A DNA stretch of 64,000 bases from Bacteroidaceae bacterium. Its GTDB lineage: Bacteria; Bacillota; Clostridia; Lachnospirales; Lachnospiraceae. Position numbers and translations under genes: made by a program. Under the pieces are notes generated by a model, which was given only the letters and a program-made list of their open reading frames with translations, was not told the origin of the DNA and did not search any database. Shown here in pieces: positions 40,124 through 49,619 of the stretch. The stretch lies in the NCBI GenBank assembly GCA_963639875.1, contig CAVHWP010000004.1:33168-97167 (forward strand). The letters run 5' to 3'. Each line of letters opens with the position of its first letter. The stretch's first letter is position 1.

Positions 40124-40878
40124 CAGCCAAACCTCCCTGTGATATAGTCTTCCGTCCGTTTGTCGTTCGGATTTGCAAAAAGTTTTTCGGTGTCATTGTA
40201 CTCAATCAGATTTCCCAGAAGGAAGAAAGCGGTCTGGTCGGAAATACGGGCAGCCTGCTGCATGTTATGGGTAACAATGACAATCGTGTATTTCTTCTTT
40301 AATTCCATGGCAAGGTCTTCGATTTTGGAAGTGGAAATGGGGTCCAGCGCACTGGTGGGCTCATCCATGAGAAGTACCTTGGGGCTGACAGCCAGCGCTC
40401 TTGCGATACAGAGTCTCTGCTGCTGACCGCCGGAAAGACCGAGCGCGGATTTCTTTAAGCGGTCCTTTAATTCATCCCAGATAGCGGCGTCCTTTAAGGA
40501 CTCCTCCACGATTTCATCTAACTTTGCCTTATTTTTGATGCCGTGGATACGGGGGCCGTAGGCGATGTTGTCATAGACGCTCATGGGAAAAGGATTGGGC
40601 TTCTGGAACACCATGCCGATGTCGCGGCGCAGCTCGTTGACATCCACGTTCGGAGCAAAAATGTCCTTGCCGTCGTATTCCACCTTTCCGGTGATTTTCA
40701 CATCGGGAACCAGGTCGTTCATGCGGTTCAAGGTCTTTAAGAAAGTGGATTTGCCGCAGCCGGAAGGGCCGATTAAAGCGGTAATGGCATTTTCCTTAAT
40801 GCCGATTTCAATGTTTTTCAGTGCCTGGGTATTTCCATACCAGAGGCAGAGGTCTTTAACGGTAATAATGTCTTTCAT
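40123..40878 (-). CDS. pstB: Phosphate ABC transporter ATPase
   Basis: [33 protein letters not shown]. Confidence 0.95.
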   Translation of the reverse strand: MKDIITVKDLCLWYGNTQALKNIEIGIKENAITALIGPSGCGKSTFLKTLNRMNDLVPDVKITGKVEYDGKDIFAPNVDVNELRRDIGMVFQKPNPFPMSVYDNIAYGPRIHGIKNKAKLDEIVEESLKDAAIWDELKDRLKKSALGLSGGQQQRLCIARALAVSPKVLLMDEPTSALDPISTSKIEDLAMELKKKYTIVIVTHNMQQAARISDQTAFFLLGNLIEYNDTEKLFANPNDKRTEDYITGRFG

Positions 40879-40947
40879 AGGAAATCTCCTTTTGTACCGG
40901 GAAATGCCCCGGTTTCTGTTTGAAAATCTGTTTCTTATACCCAGGCG

Positions 40948-41811
40948 TCAGCCGGCGTTCTTTTTCTTGAAGTATCTGCCTGCAAAATCTGCCAGCAGAT
41001 TGATAATCAGTGTCATAATCATCAGAATGGCGGCAATGGCAAAGGCGGTATCGAAATCACCCTGCTCCTTGGCATACACGTAAAGAGCAACGGTAAGCGT
41101 GGCGCCGGAACTGGTAAGCCCGTGGAAAATATTGTTTAAGGCATGGGCAAAACCTGCCGTGAAAAGCAGGGCAGCCGACTCGCCGATGATACGTCCTACG
41201 GAGAGGATAAGACCGGTTACCACACCGTCGATACAGCCGGGGAGCACCACCGTGCGGATGACACGCCATTTACCGGCTCCCAGTCCGAAGGCGCCTTCCC
41301 GGTAACTCTGGGGAACGGTCTTTAAGCTTTCCTGCGTGGTTCGCATGACGGTGGGAAGGTTCATGATAACCAGTGTCATGGCGCCCGCTAACAGGGATGT
41401 TTTCATGGATAAAAACTGACAGAAGAAAAGCATGCCCACCAGACCGTAAATAATGGAAGGGATGCCGGAAAGGGTTTCGGCGGCATATTCAATCAGGGTT
41501 ACAATCTTTTTATTCCTGGCATATTCCGTCAGGTATACGGCAGCGCCGACTCCCAAGGGGAGTACCAGAAGAAGCGTTGCCAGTATGATGTAAATCGTAT
41601 TCAAAATATCGGGCAGGATGCCGATTTCATCTGTAAGGTAGCTGGGCTTTGTGGTGAGGAATTTCCAGGTAATGTGGGGAAATCCCTTAAAGAGTACATA
41701 GATAATCAGGAAAAGAACCAGCGCACAGGTGAAAAGCACGGAAATCCACATGAGGGCTTTCATGATGCCGATATAGATTTTTCTGCTTGTGGAAAGAGAG
41801 TTTTTCTTCAT
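40948..41811 (-). CDS. pstA: Phosphate ABC transporter permease PstA
   Basis: GIPSIIYG, GRIIGESAAL; operon order. Confidence 0.9.
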   Translation of the reverse strand: MKKNSLSTSRKIYIGIMKALMWISVLFTCALVLFLIIYVLFKGFPHITWKFLTTKPSYLTDEIGILPDILNTIYIILATLLLVLPLGVGAAVYLTEYARNKKIVTLIEYAAETLSGIPSIIYGLVGMLFFCQFLSMKTSLLAGAMTLVIMNLPTVMRTTQESLKTVPQSYREGAFGLGAGKWRVIRTVVLPGCIDGVVTGLILSVGRIIGESAALLFTAGFAHALNNIFHGLTSSGATLTVALYVYAKEQGDFDTAFAIAAILMIMTLIINLLADFAGRYFKKKNAG

Positions 41812-41864
41812 AGAAATCTCCAGACCTTTCTGTTTTCTGCCTGTCGGGAAAGACAGGCATTTGG

Positions 41865-42728
41865 TTAGTCTTTTTTCCGTTTCAGGAAAAAGTTTAAGGT
41901 TGCGTTAATCAGCATAATAAAGAAGAACAATACCAGAGCGATGGAGAACAGTGCCTGTCTCTGCAGACCGGAGGAGTAGGACATTTCGCTGGCTACCGCA
42001 GTTGTTAAGAAACGGACGCTCTGGAAAAGGGAAGGCATATTGGGTACGTTGCCGGATACCATCATGACCGCCATGGCTTCGCCGATGGCACGGCCAACAC
42101 CTAAAACGATGGCTGCGGCAATACCGCTTTTGGCTGCCGGAACGGATACCTTAAAGTAGGTTTCCACCGGCGTGGCTCCCAATGCAAGGGAAGCTTCTTC
42201 GTATTCTTTTGGTACGGCGTCCAGGGCATTTAAGGAAACCTTGATGATGGACGGCAGTACCATGATTGCCAGTACAACGATGGCAGCAAGGAGGCTGGCA
42301 CCGTCGGGGATATGAAACAGATTACGGATGGCAGGCACCAAAATCAGCATACCCACCAGACCATATACAACGGAAGGAATTCCGGCTAACAGACTGACAG
42401 CGGTTTCTACGGCGCGACGCAGATTGTAAGGAGCCATCTTGGAAAGAAACACGGCTGTTAAAAATCCAATAGGGGCTCCCAGTATTACGGCACAGACCGT
42501 ACCGTAAATACTGGTTAAAATAAAAGGGAGGATGCCGAACTCAGGGGTCGCAGCCGTAGAATGCCATTCTTTTCCGAATAAAAAGGAAATCAGTCCGATT
42601 TTGCGGATAGCCGGAACCCCGGCTATCACTAAGTATATGGTAATCAGAAGTACGGATACTACGGTAATCATTCCCAGAATTAAGAAGATACCGGCTACAA
42701 TTCGTTCAAAAGCTCGTTGTTTTTTCAT
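41865..42728 (-). CDS. pstC: Phosphate ABC transporter permease PstC
   Basis: LAGIPSVVYG, GRAIGEAMAV. Confidence 0.9.
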   Translation of the reverse strand: MKKQRAFERIVAGIFLILGMITVVSVLLITIYLVIAGVPAIRKIGLISFLFGKEWHSTAATPEFGILPFILTSIYGTVCAVILGAPIGFLTAVFLSKMAPYNLRRAVETAVSLLAGIPSVVYGLVGMLILVPAIRNLFHIPDGASLLAAIVVLAIMVLPSIIKVSLNALDAVPKEYEEASLALGATPVETYFKVSVPAAKSGIAAAIVLGVGRAIGEAMAVMMVSGNVPNMPSLFQSVRFLTTAVASEMSYSSGLQRQALFSIALVLFFFIMLINATLNFFLKRKKD

Positions 42729-42777
42729 ACAAATCCTCATACCTTTCTTTTTTTGTTTCAGAGAATTTCAGAAACGG

Positions 42778-43593
42778 TTATTTTACAGGTACAACACCGG
42801 CGCCGGTAATGATGTCGGCAACCTTGTCACTGGTTACATAGTCAAAGAATGCCTGTGCTGCATCGGAGAGCTTTACACCGTCCTTGGTTACTAAAACGAA
42901 GGGACGCTGGATTGCATAGCTGCCGTCTTTTACGGTTTCTTCGGAAGGAGCTACACCGCCGACGCTGAGAGCTTTTACGCTGTCCTTTACTGCGGAAAGG
43001 GAGGTGTAACCGATGGCATCCGGGTTCTGGCTTACGGTTGTGATAACATCACCGGTAGAAGTAAGTTCCTGACGGTACTGGCATTTTTCAGAGGTCTTGG
43101 TAATGGACTCGAAACCGTCTCTGGTACCGCTTCCTGCTTCACGGCCGATTACTACGATTTCTGCATCGGCACCGCCGACTTCGCTCCAGTTGGTAATTTC
43201 ACCGGTGTAAATGGAAGCAATCTGTTCAATGCTTAAGTCATTTACCTGGTTTTCGGGATTTACAACTACGGCAATACCGTCCAGTGCAAGTACGGTTTCG
43301 GTAAGACCCTGTGCTTTTTCTTCATCCTTTAAGGAACGGCTGGAAAGACCGATGTCGCATCTGCCTTCAGCTACGGCTGTGATACCGGAACCGGAACCGG
43401 TGGGATTGTAAGTAAACTGGATACCGTCGTTTTCATTCATGAAGGACTCGCCCAGAGCACCGATTACTTTTTCCATGGAAGTGGAACCGTCGGTTGCTAC
43501 GGTACCGGAAAGCTTGCTGTTTCCGCATCCGGTTAAGGAGGTTAAAGCAAGGATAGTTGCAACTGCTAAACTGACTACTGTTTTCTTTTTCAT
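42778..43593 (-). CDS. pstS: Phosphate-binding lipoprotein PstS
   Basis: Lipobox LTGC, GSTS, GSGSG, REAGSGTR. Confidence 0.92.
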   Translation of the reverse strand: MKKKTVVSLAVATILALTSLTGCGNSKLSGTVATDGSTSMEKVIGALGESFMNENDGIQFTYNPTGSGSGITAVAEGRCDIGLSSRSLKDEEKAQGLTETVLALDGIAVVVNPENQVNDLSIEQIASIYTGEITNWSEVGGADAEIVVIGREAGSGTRDGFESITKTSEKCQYRQELTSTGDVITTVSQNPDAIGYTSLSAVKDSVKALSVGGVAPSEETVKDGSYAIQRPFVLVTKDGVKLSDAAQAFFDYVTSDKVADIITGAGVVPVK

Positions 43594-43664
43594 AATGTAA
43601 TTCCTCTTTTCTTTTTATGGCGCAATGCCTTTTTTTGTTTACAAGAAAAGAGTAGCATCGGTTT

Positions 43665-43711
43665 GTAAAGTCAAAAAGCAGGCCGGTGTAAAATCGGCGT
43701 AAAGTGGTAAA
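43665..43711 (-). promoter_or_regulatory. Putative Pho box upstream of pstS
   Basis: TTTAC repeats on the minus strand (gtaaa at 43665, 43688, 43699, 43707), including an 11-bp-spaced pair. Confidence 0.5.
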
Positions 43712-43766
43712 ATACGTGAAAAAAGGCACCCGACCTTACATCGGATGCCTTTCACTTAACAAGTTT

Positions 43767-44417
43767 TTATGCCACGTAGCAGTACATGAAGATGAAGTGG
43801 CAGATGCTGCCCGCCATGACAAACAGGTGGAAAATTTCATGGGAGCCGAAGTTTGCATGTTTCGCATTGAAAATAGGAAGCTTTAAGGCATAAATAATGC
43901 CGCCCGCGGTGTAAATAATACCACCTGCCAGAAGCCAGCAGAAAGCCGGAACGGAAAGCGTATGGATGAGTTCACGGAATACAAAGATGCAGACCCAGCC
44001 CATGGCGATATAGATTACGGAAGAAAACCATTTCGGACAGGTAATCCAGAACGCCTTAATCAGCATGCCGGCAATGGCGATGCTCCATACAATGGTCAGC
44101 ATGGTGACACCCTCTTTGCCGCCTAAAACAATGAGGCATACCGGGGTGTAGGAACCGGCAATCAGCACGAAAATCATCATATGGTCAATTTTCCGGAAAA
44201 TCCGGAGAGGTCTTCCGCTTAAATTTACGGAATGATAGGTGGCACTTGCGCCATATAATAAAACCATGCTGAGCATGAAAATAAGCATTGCGGTAAATGT
44301 CTGGCCTCCTGCGGAAACGCCGGCTTTGATAAGCAGGGGGACGGAAGCGAAAAGGGCCATCATACAGCCGATAAAATGAGTAATGGCACTGCCGGGTTCA
44401 CGAATAGTAATCTGCAT
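43767..44417 (-). CDS. Hemolysin III / PAQR family membrane protein
   Basis: SATYH, DHMMIFVLIAGSYTP, HEIFHLFV. Confidence 0.92.
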   Translation of the reverse strand: MQITIREPGSAITHFIGCMMALFASVPLLIKAGVSAGGQTFTAMLIFMLSMVLLYGASATYHSVNLSGRPLRIFRKIDHMMIFVLIAGSYTPVCLIVLGGKEGVTMLTIVWSIAIAGMLIKAFWITCPKWFSSVIYIAMGWVCIFVFRELIHTLSVPAFCWLLAGGIIYTAGGIIYALKLPIFNAKHANFGSHEIFHLFVMAGSICHFIFMYCYVA

Positions 44418-44492
44418 AAAACTTCATTCCTTTCCATAGCCTGAAAATACAGGCACATATTTTCATAATAAATCTTTTACATGTTAGTGATT

Positions 44493-44559
44493 ACGACATG
44501 TAGTAATCAATACTACATGTCGTTGAATAAATACTACTACATGAGTAAGGATATGTCAA
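44493..44559 (-). promoter_or_regulatory. Sigma-A promoter with perfect 13-bp inverted-repeat operator upstream of the hemolysin III gene
   Basis: Minus strand TTGACA (44554-59), 17 bp, TAGTAT (44531-36); ACGACATGTAGTA-N5-TACTACATGTCGT at 44493-44523. Confidence 0.7.
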
Positions 44560-44579
44560 GAAGAAAAATTTATGCATAA

Positions 44580-44606
44580 AAAAAGAGGATGCAACATCCT
44601 CTTTTT
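44580..44606 (-). terminator. Intrinsic terminator (potentially bidirectional)
   Basis: AAAAAGAGGATG-CAA-CATCCTCTTTTT. Confidence 0.8.
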
Positions 44607-44728
44607 GTGTCGGAAAATTAGTTTGCTTCCATAATTTGTAACCTGCAAGTCCCGCAAAGTATGGCATTCCCGATAATCTGCAAGTCCGTGGAGTCCATCA
44701 CTCCGGATAATCCGCAAAGTACGGAAAC

Positions 44729-44995
44729 TCAGTCTTCTTCAATGACCTGTATTTCCAGATAATCGAAGGGAATGGTTTCGGTGAAATTGTCCTGGGTAAA
44801 GCGGGTTTTGCTGTGAAGCTGGAAATCCCGCACCGTGGAGTCCAGCCAGATGGGGTGCCCCAGGTCAAATTTCGTGCAGATTTCATCAATGGCATGAAAA
44901 ATTTTATGGGTGCGGGTATCGGTTCCGGCATCCTCCACAACCATATCGTTTAACATTCTGTTGTTCTTAAAAGTTTTGGCCCATAATCGAAACAT
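44729..44995 (-). CDS. Conserved clostridial-type hypothetical protein
   Basis: 88 aa, RBS AAAGGA, FDLGHPIWL...FTQDNF...FDYLEI. Confidence 0.75.
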   Translation of the reverse strand: MFRLWAKTFKNNRMLNDMVVEDAGTDTRTHKIFHAIDEICTKFDLGHPIWLDSTVRDFQLHSKTRFTQDNFTETIPFDYLEIQVIEED

Positions 44996-45192
44996 AAGAA
45001 TTCCTTTCTGTATAGCAATATCTTAAGATGCCAGGAGCAAAAGCCCTCGACATCATCTTAACAGATTACGCGGAAGAAAAATACACAGAAAATATTAAAA
45101 TTTTCATAAATCTTTATACAAAATATACAAAAGTGAGAAACGATGTGATATAATAAAAATAGTTTTTATTTTGTAAAAGGAGTATGTAAAAT

Positions 45193-45837
45193 ATGGATGT
45201 AAGGGAATACCGGGATGACGGAATAGACAGTTGGGAAGAAGTCAATCTGATTTACAATGCGGCGCTCAAGCAGGTGCAGACCAAAATGGAGATTTTAAAT
45301 GACGAGTTCCAGAGAGTGCACCGTTACAATCCCATTGAGCATATCAAGGCGCGTATCAAGAGCTCGGAAAGTATTGTGAAAAAGTTAAAGCGCTATGGCT
45401 ACGAGTCCACCATTGAAAATATGATTACCTATGTGAATGACATTGCCGGTATCCGCATTATCTGCTCATTTACTTCGGATATTTACCGGATTGCGGATAT
45501 GGTGGCAAACCAGAAGGACATCAAGGTTCTTTCCATTAAGGACTACATTACATATCCCAAGGCAAGCGGCTACAAGAGCTACCACATGATTTTATCCGTG
45601 CCGGTGTACCTTTCCGACCGTATCGAGGAAACCAAGGTGGAAATGCAGATACGCACCGTTGCCATGGATTTCTGGGCAAGCTTGGAGCACAAGATGCATT
45701 ATAAATTTGAAGGGGATGCACCGCAGCATATTAAAGACGAGCTGGTGGAGTGTGCACACATGGTGTCCGACCTGGATGCCCGGATGCTTTCCTTAAATGA
45801 AGAAATACTTGCCATGAGTGAGGAGAAGACGAATTAG
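45193..45837 (+). CDS. Small alarmone (p)ppGpp synthetase (RelA/SpoT synthetase domain)
   Basis: RIKSSESI..K, DIAGIRI, KASGYKSYH, EMQIRTVAMDFWASLEH. Confidence 0.92.
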   Translation: MDVREYRDDGIDSWEEVNLIYNAALKQVQTKMEILNDEFQRVHRYNPIEHIKARIKSSESIVKKLKRYGYESTIENMITYVNDIAGIRIICSFTSDIYRIADMVANQKDIKVLSIKDYITYPKASGYKSYHMILSVPVYLSDRIEETKVEMQIRTVAMDFWASLEHKMHYKFEGDAPQHIKDELVECAHMVSDLDARMLSLNEEILAMSEEKTN

Positions 45838-45838
45838 C

Positions 45839-46780
45839 ATGGAAAAATGGGATTTATATACAAAATACCGGGAGAAAACCGGGAAAGAGCATATCCGCGG
45901 GGAGGAAATCCCCGAGGGACTGTATCATCTGGTGGTGCATGTCTGGATACGGAACAGCAGGGGAGAATACCTGCTATCCAGACGTGCGGCGGACCGCCCT
46001 GCCTATCCTTTTTTCTGGGAAACGGTGGGCGGTTCTGTTTTGCAGGGAGAAACCAGCATAGAAGGGGCTGTCCGTGAGGTGAAAGAGGAGGTTGGCATTA
46101 CCCTTTCCCCGGAAAGCGGGCAGCTTGCCTTTACCAAAATAAGGGATACCATGAACGGAGAAAAATTCCGGGATATTCTGGATGTATGGGTGTTTTACTA
46201 TGACGGGGAGGCGGACTTGACTGCGGCAACCACCAAAGAAGTGGCGGAATGTAAATGGCTGCGCAGCGACCAGATTTATGATTTGTTTCAGGAACAGAAG
46301 CTGGTGCCTACACTGGATTATTTTTTCAGCGCCTTTTCCGGTCCCATTCCCCATTACTGCGACATCATCGGCAAATGGGTCAGCGGCAAAGTGGACAGAC
46401 CTCTTGGCATGCACCGGGCGGATGCGGCAGCAACTGCAGAAAAGGCGGATATGGCGGATGCAGCAGCACCTGCAGAAAAGACGGATAGGGAGGATGTCGC
46501 TGTACCCGCCCAAAAGGCGGATATGGTTTATGCCGTAAATTACGGCTACATAGACGGCGTGAAAGCGGCGGACGGAGAGGAACAGGACGCCTACATTTTC
46601 GGGACGGAGGAACCGCTTACAACCTTTGAGGGAAAGGTTATTAAAGTGTACCACCGCTTCAATGATATTGAGGACAAGTGGATTGTTTCTCTGACCGGCG
46701 AAGACATTCCCGATGAAAAAATACTGGGCGATATTGCCTTTCAGGAGCAGTATTTTTACGGGAAACTATATGACAGATAA
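45839..46780 (+). CDS. NUDIX hydrolase fused to an inorganic pyrophosphatase-like domain
   Basis: Nudix box GGSVLQGETSIEGAVREVKEEVG; C-terminal DRPLG...NYGYIDG...DGEEQDAY...EDKW. Confidence 0.85.
   Translation: MEKWDLYTKYREKTGKEHIRGEEIPEGLYHLVVHVWIRNSRGEYLLSRRAADRPAYPFFWETVGGSVLQGETSIEGAVREVKEEVGITLSPESGQLAFTKIRDTMNGEKFRDILDVWVFYYDGEADLTAATTKEVAECKWLRSDQIYDLFQEQKLVPTLDYFFSAFSGPIPHYCDIIGKWVSGKVDRPLGMHRADAAATAEKADMADAAAPAEKTDREDVAVPAQKADMVYAVNYGYIDGVKAADGEEQDAYIFGTEEPLTTFEGKVIKVYHRFNDIEDKWIVSLTGEDIPDEKILGDIAFQEQYFYGKLYDR
46418..46525 (+). repeat. Three degenerate 36-bp in-frame repeats inside the pyrophosphatase-like domain
   Basis: ADAAATAEKADM / ADAAAPAEKTDR / EDVAVPAQKADM. Confidence 0.85.
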
Positions 46781-46832
46781 TATTTTACCGGGATTTTACA
46801 TGGGACACTGACTGATTTTATCTTCCTGGCTT

Positions 46833-47627
46833 ATGGTTACTTCAAAAGAAGACAGGAAAGAAGACGGTTGTATGAGGCATTTTATTTCCGACCACACGCC
46901 TATGGACGATTACCAAAGGATACTGCAGCAGGCGTATTACACAATAGAAAGTAACGAAGAGTATATCTGGGAGAAGGATGACAACGAAGAAAAACTAAAA
47001 AAAAGAGGGGCATACAGGGGTATTGACGGTGCGGTAAAAGCTCTGTTATGGTTGGCAGGAATTCTGTTTTTAATCTCGGTGAGTATGCTTGTCATCCGTA
47101 ATAAAACAGGAGCATATGATATTCTGGGGAGGCTGTCCAAAGCAGGACTGCTTTTCGGAGTAGGCGCTTTTGGACTTGGCATTCTCCTGGCGGCAGCAGG
47201 TGCATGGATGGAGTCCTATTATGCAAAAGCGGATAAAAAGGTACAGGACGACCGAAAACGCAGAACACTGCTTCTTAAAAACGGGGATATAGCGGTTGTC
47301 TACCTGTACGGAGGCAAAGGGGCGCAGATGAGTTCACGCTTTTCTTACGGGAACGAAGAAAATATGGTGGAGCTTCCGTTTTCTAAGATATATCGGATAT
47401 CGAAGGTATATTCGGCGGACAGGAAAAACGGCAGGATTGTTGCTTCGGTAAAATGCCTTGAGTACATGATGATACACCCGTATGTGAATGAATACAGCGA
47501 CAGTTGTGTAGAACATTTCTTCCGGTATTATACGAGAAAAGTACGCAGAACCATCCAATGGACCGATAAGCTGCTGAATGCCGATAAACTTTTGGACGCA
47601 CTGCAGGTACTGGAAAAACGAAAGTAA
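46833..47627 (+). CDS. Hypothetical protein with two TM segments
   Basis: 264-aa ORF, two hydrophobic stretches; start uncertain. Confidence 0.6.
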   Translation: MVTSKEDRKEDGCMRHFISDHTPMDDYQRILQQAYYTIESNEEYIWEKDDNEEKLKKRGAYRGIDGAVKALLWLAGILFLISVSMLVIRNKTGAYDILGRLSKAGLLFGVGAFGLGILLAAAGAWMESYYAKADKKVQDDRKRRTLLLKNGDIAVVYLYGGKGAQMSSRFSYGNEENMVELPFSKIYRISKVYSADRKNGRIVASVKCLEYMMIHPYVNEYSDSCVEHFFRYYTRKVRRTIQWTDKLLNADKLLDALQVLEKRK

Positions 47628-47630
47628 TTT

Positions 47631-48104
47631 CTACTTGTTTAACAAATACACACCGAAATTCAGGTAGCCGGCGAAGCTCACCCACAAAAGATAGGGCAGG
47701 AGCAGATAGCCGGCTGTTTTTGACAGCTTGAAAAATTCCTTCATGGTCAGGAGAATGAGTACCCAGAGGGCAATCAGCCAGGCAAAGGAAAACAGATACC
47801 ACTGCATGTTGAAAAAGAAAACGGACCACAGAAAATTGAACACAAGCTGTATGCCGTACAGCGAAAGCGCCGGAAGTCCGTCCTGCCCCGACTTGTAAAT
47901 CAGGTAGGAGGCAATCCCCATTAACACATACAGAATGCCCCATGCAATGGGAAAGAGCCAGTCCGGGGGTGTGAGGGGCGGCTTTGCCACCTGAGCAAAG
48001 GCTTCCATGCCGCTTTTGGTGATAAGCGCAGACAGACCGCCTACCGCAAGCGGGATGGCGATGCTTATGAGTAACGGTTTCCAGTTGATTTCTTTTATAT
48101 TCAT
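47631..48104 (-). CDS. tspO: TspO/MBR tryptophan-rich sensory protein
   Basis: KPPLTPPDWLFPIAW, QLVFNFLWS, LLPYLLWVSFA.YLN. Confidence 0.92.
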   Translation of the reverse strand: MNIKEINWKPLLISIAIPLAVGGLSALITKSGMEAFAQVAKPPLTPPDWLFPIAWGILYVLMGIASYLIYKSGQDGLPALSLYGIQLVFNFLWSVFFFNMQWYLFSFAWLIALWVLILLTMKEFFKLSKTAGYLLLPYLLWVSFAGYLNFGVYLLNK

Positions 48105-48203
48105 GGTTTGCGGCTCCTTTTGGTTCGGGTTTTATTGTATCTTTTCTATATTATATAGAAGAAAAGCTGTTTTATACGTGGAAACGGGAGCGAAAGAAGT
48201 AAA

Positions 48204-48555
48204 TTTGACCCAACTGTTACATATCCATGACAGAGTCAAAGGATTTACTATGCTCTTCGTTACTTTTTTGACCCTAATTGTACTATCCTCCATCAGAGTC
48301 AAAGGTAAGCGAGCATCATTTCTTATTACTTTGACCTATTAAGGAGAAAACTCTCATAGAGTCAACCCAAAGGTACCATGAAAAACTGTCTGATTTGACT
48401 CTGTGAAGACTTTTTGCTGACAAAGTCAAAAAGTCTTTCAAAATAAATTCCATATGTTTGACTCTGCAGCGATGTTTCTCTCTGAAAGTCAAAAGTCTTT
48501 CCTTTTAATGGAGTTCGAGGTTGACTCTGTTGGCGTTTTTTATTTTAGAGTCAAA
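48204..48555. repeat. Phased array of six TTGAC-N25-GTCAA inverted-repeat units, about 63-bp period
   Basis: TTGAC at 48205, 48268, 48331, 48395, 48458, 48521; GTCAA at 48235, 48298, 48361, 48425, 48488, 48550. Confidence 0.9.
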
Positions 48556-48580
48556 TTTCAAAAAAACTTGTCCCAACCCC

Positions 48581-48611
48581 TTGACTTGGAGTGAACTCCA
48601 AAGAATATAAT
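48581..48611 (+). promoter_or_regulatory. MerR-family-type promoter/operator
   Basis: TTGACT, 19 bp, TATAAT, with dyad TTGGAGT-GA-ACTCCAA (48586-48601) in the spacer. Confidence 0.8.
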
Positions 48612-48634
48612 GACCTTAGTGAGCAACAAAAGAG

Positions 48635-48725
48635 GCAAAACAAGGAGGAAAATCCTCTGCTCCTGCAAAGGCGCATGCTATGCGGGCATAGCAGGATTTT
48701 ACTCCGTAAAACAAGGAGGATTAAT
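48635..48725 (+). repeat. Dispersed RBS-bearing structured repeat, copy upstream of the first AKR gene
   Basis: 38 bp (48635-48672) identical to 49620-49657; 30 bp (48696-48725) near-identical to 49664-49693; related to the reverse complement of 26534-26671. Confidence 0.9.
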
Positions 48726-49613
48726 ATGGATTACGTTACTTTGGCGAATGGTGTTAAGATGCCCCAGCTGGGTTATGGGGTGTATCAGGTGACAAAGGAG
48801 GAATGTGAGCGCTGTGTATTGGATGCACTGGCAGTCGGCTACCGGAGCATTGATACGGCACAGGCATATTTTAATGAAGAAGAAGTGGGAAATGCCATTG
48901 TGAAATCCGGTGTGCCCCGTGAGGAAATCTTTTTGACCTCCAAGGTATGGCTGGAACATTTTGGATATGAAGAGTGTAAGGCATCCCTGGATGCTTCTTT
49001 GGAAAAATTAAAAACCGATTATGTGGATTTGATGCTTTTACATCAGCCGTTCGGAGATGCTTACGGCGCATGGAGAGCACTGGAAGAGTATTACGAAGCA
49101 GGTAAGATTAAAGCCATCGGCATTTCCAATTTCTATGCGGACAGAATGGTGGAATTTGCCAACTTTAACCACATCAGACCCATGGTAAACCAGGTGGAGG
49201 TACATCCTTTCAACCAGCAGAAAGAACTGAAAAAGTGGGCGGATAAGTACAATATTCAGGTAGAAGCATGGGCACCCTTCGGAGAAGGCAGAAAGGGCTT
49301 ATTTGACAACGAAATCTTAAAGGAAATCGGTGCCAAATACGGAAAGACCACAGCACAGGTTATACTTCGCTGGCACTTGCAGAGAGGCATCGTAGTAATT
49401 CCGAAATCCACGCACAAAGAGAGAATGGAAGAAAACTTCCGGGTATTTGATTTCACTCTTTCCGAAGAGGATATGAACAAAATAGCAGACATGGATACGG
49501 CAACCAGCTCCTTTTTCTCCCATCAGGACCCTGCCATGGTAGAGTGGTTCGTACAGATGGTGGAGGAGCGTAAAAAGAACCGGGACTGCACCAAAGAAAA
49601 GAAGAACTGGTAA
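48726..49613 (+). CDS. Aldo/keto reductase (2,5-DKG reductase-like)
   Basis: GYRSIDTAQAYFNE, TSKVW, LLHQP, VIPKS; start MDYVTL after AAGGAGG. Confidence 0.92.
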   Translation: MDYVTLANGVKMPQLGYGVYQVTKEECERCVLDALAVGYRSIDTAQAYFNEEEVGNAIVKSGVPREEIFLTSKVWLEHFGYEECKASLDASLEKLKTDYVDLMLLHQPFGDAYGAWRALEEYYEAGKIKAIGISNFYADRMVEFANFNHIRPMVNQVEVHPFNQQKELKKWADKYNIQVEAWAPFGEGRKGLFDNEILKEIGAKYGKTTAQVILRWHLQRGIVVIPKSTHKERMEENFRVFDFTLSEEDMNKIADMDTATSSFFSHQDPAMVEWFVQMVEERKKNRDCTKEKKNW

Positions 49614-49619
49614 AAAGAA

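Noticed and set aside
44640..44728. Short repeats (cgcaaagta and gataatc-gcaa, twice each) downstream of the 88-aa gene
   Set aside because: Too short and irregular to support an element call
48007..48342. 111-aa ORF across the phased array
   Set aside because: It overlaps tspO antisense, has no RBS, stops within the array, and one 64-bp unit breaks frame periodicity
48204..48555. CRISPR array interpretation of the 63-bp periodic region
   Set aside because: Conserved parts are only 5-9 bp inverted half-sites, not 23-50 bp direct repeats, and there are no cas genes in the window
48591..48725. N-terminal extension of the first AKR
   Set aside because: It runs through the promoter and repeat element; AKR homology and the SD begin at 48726
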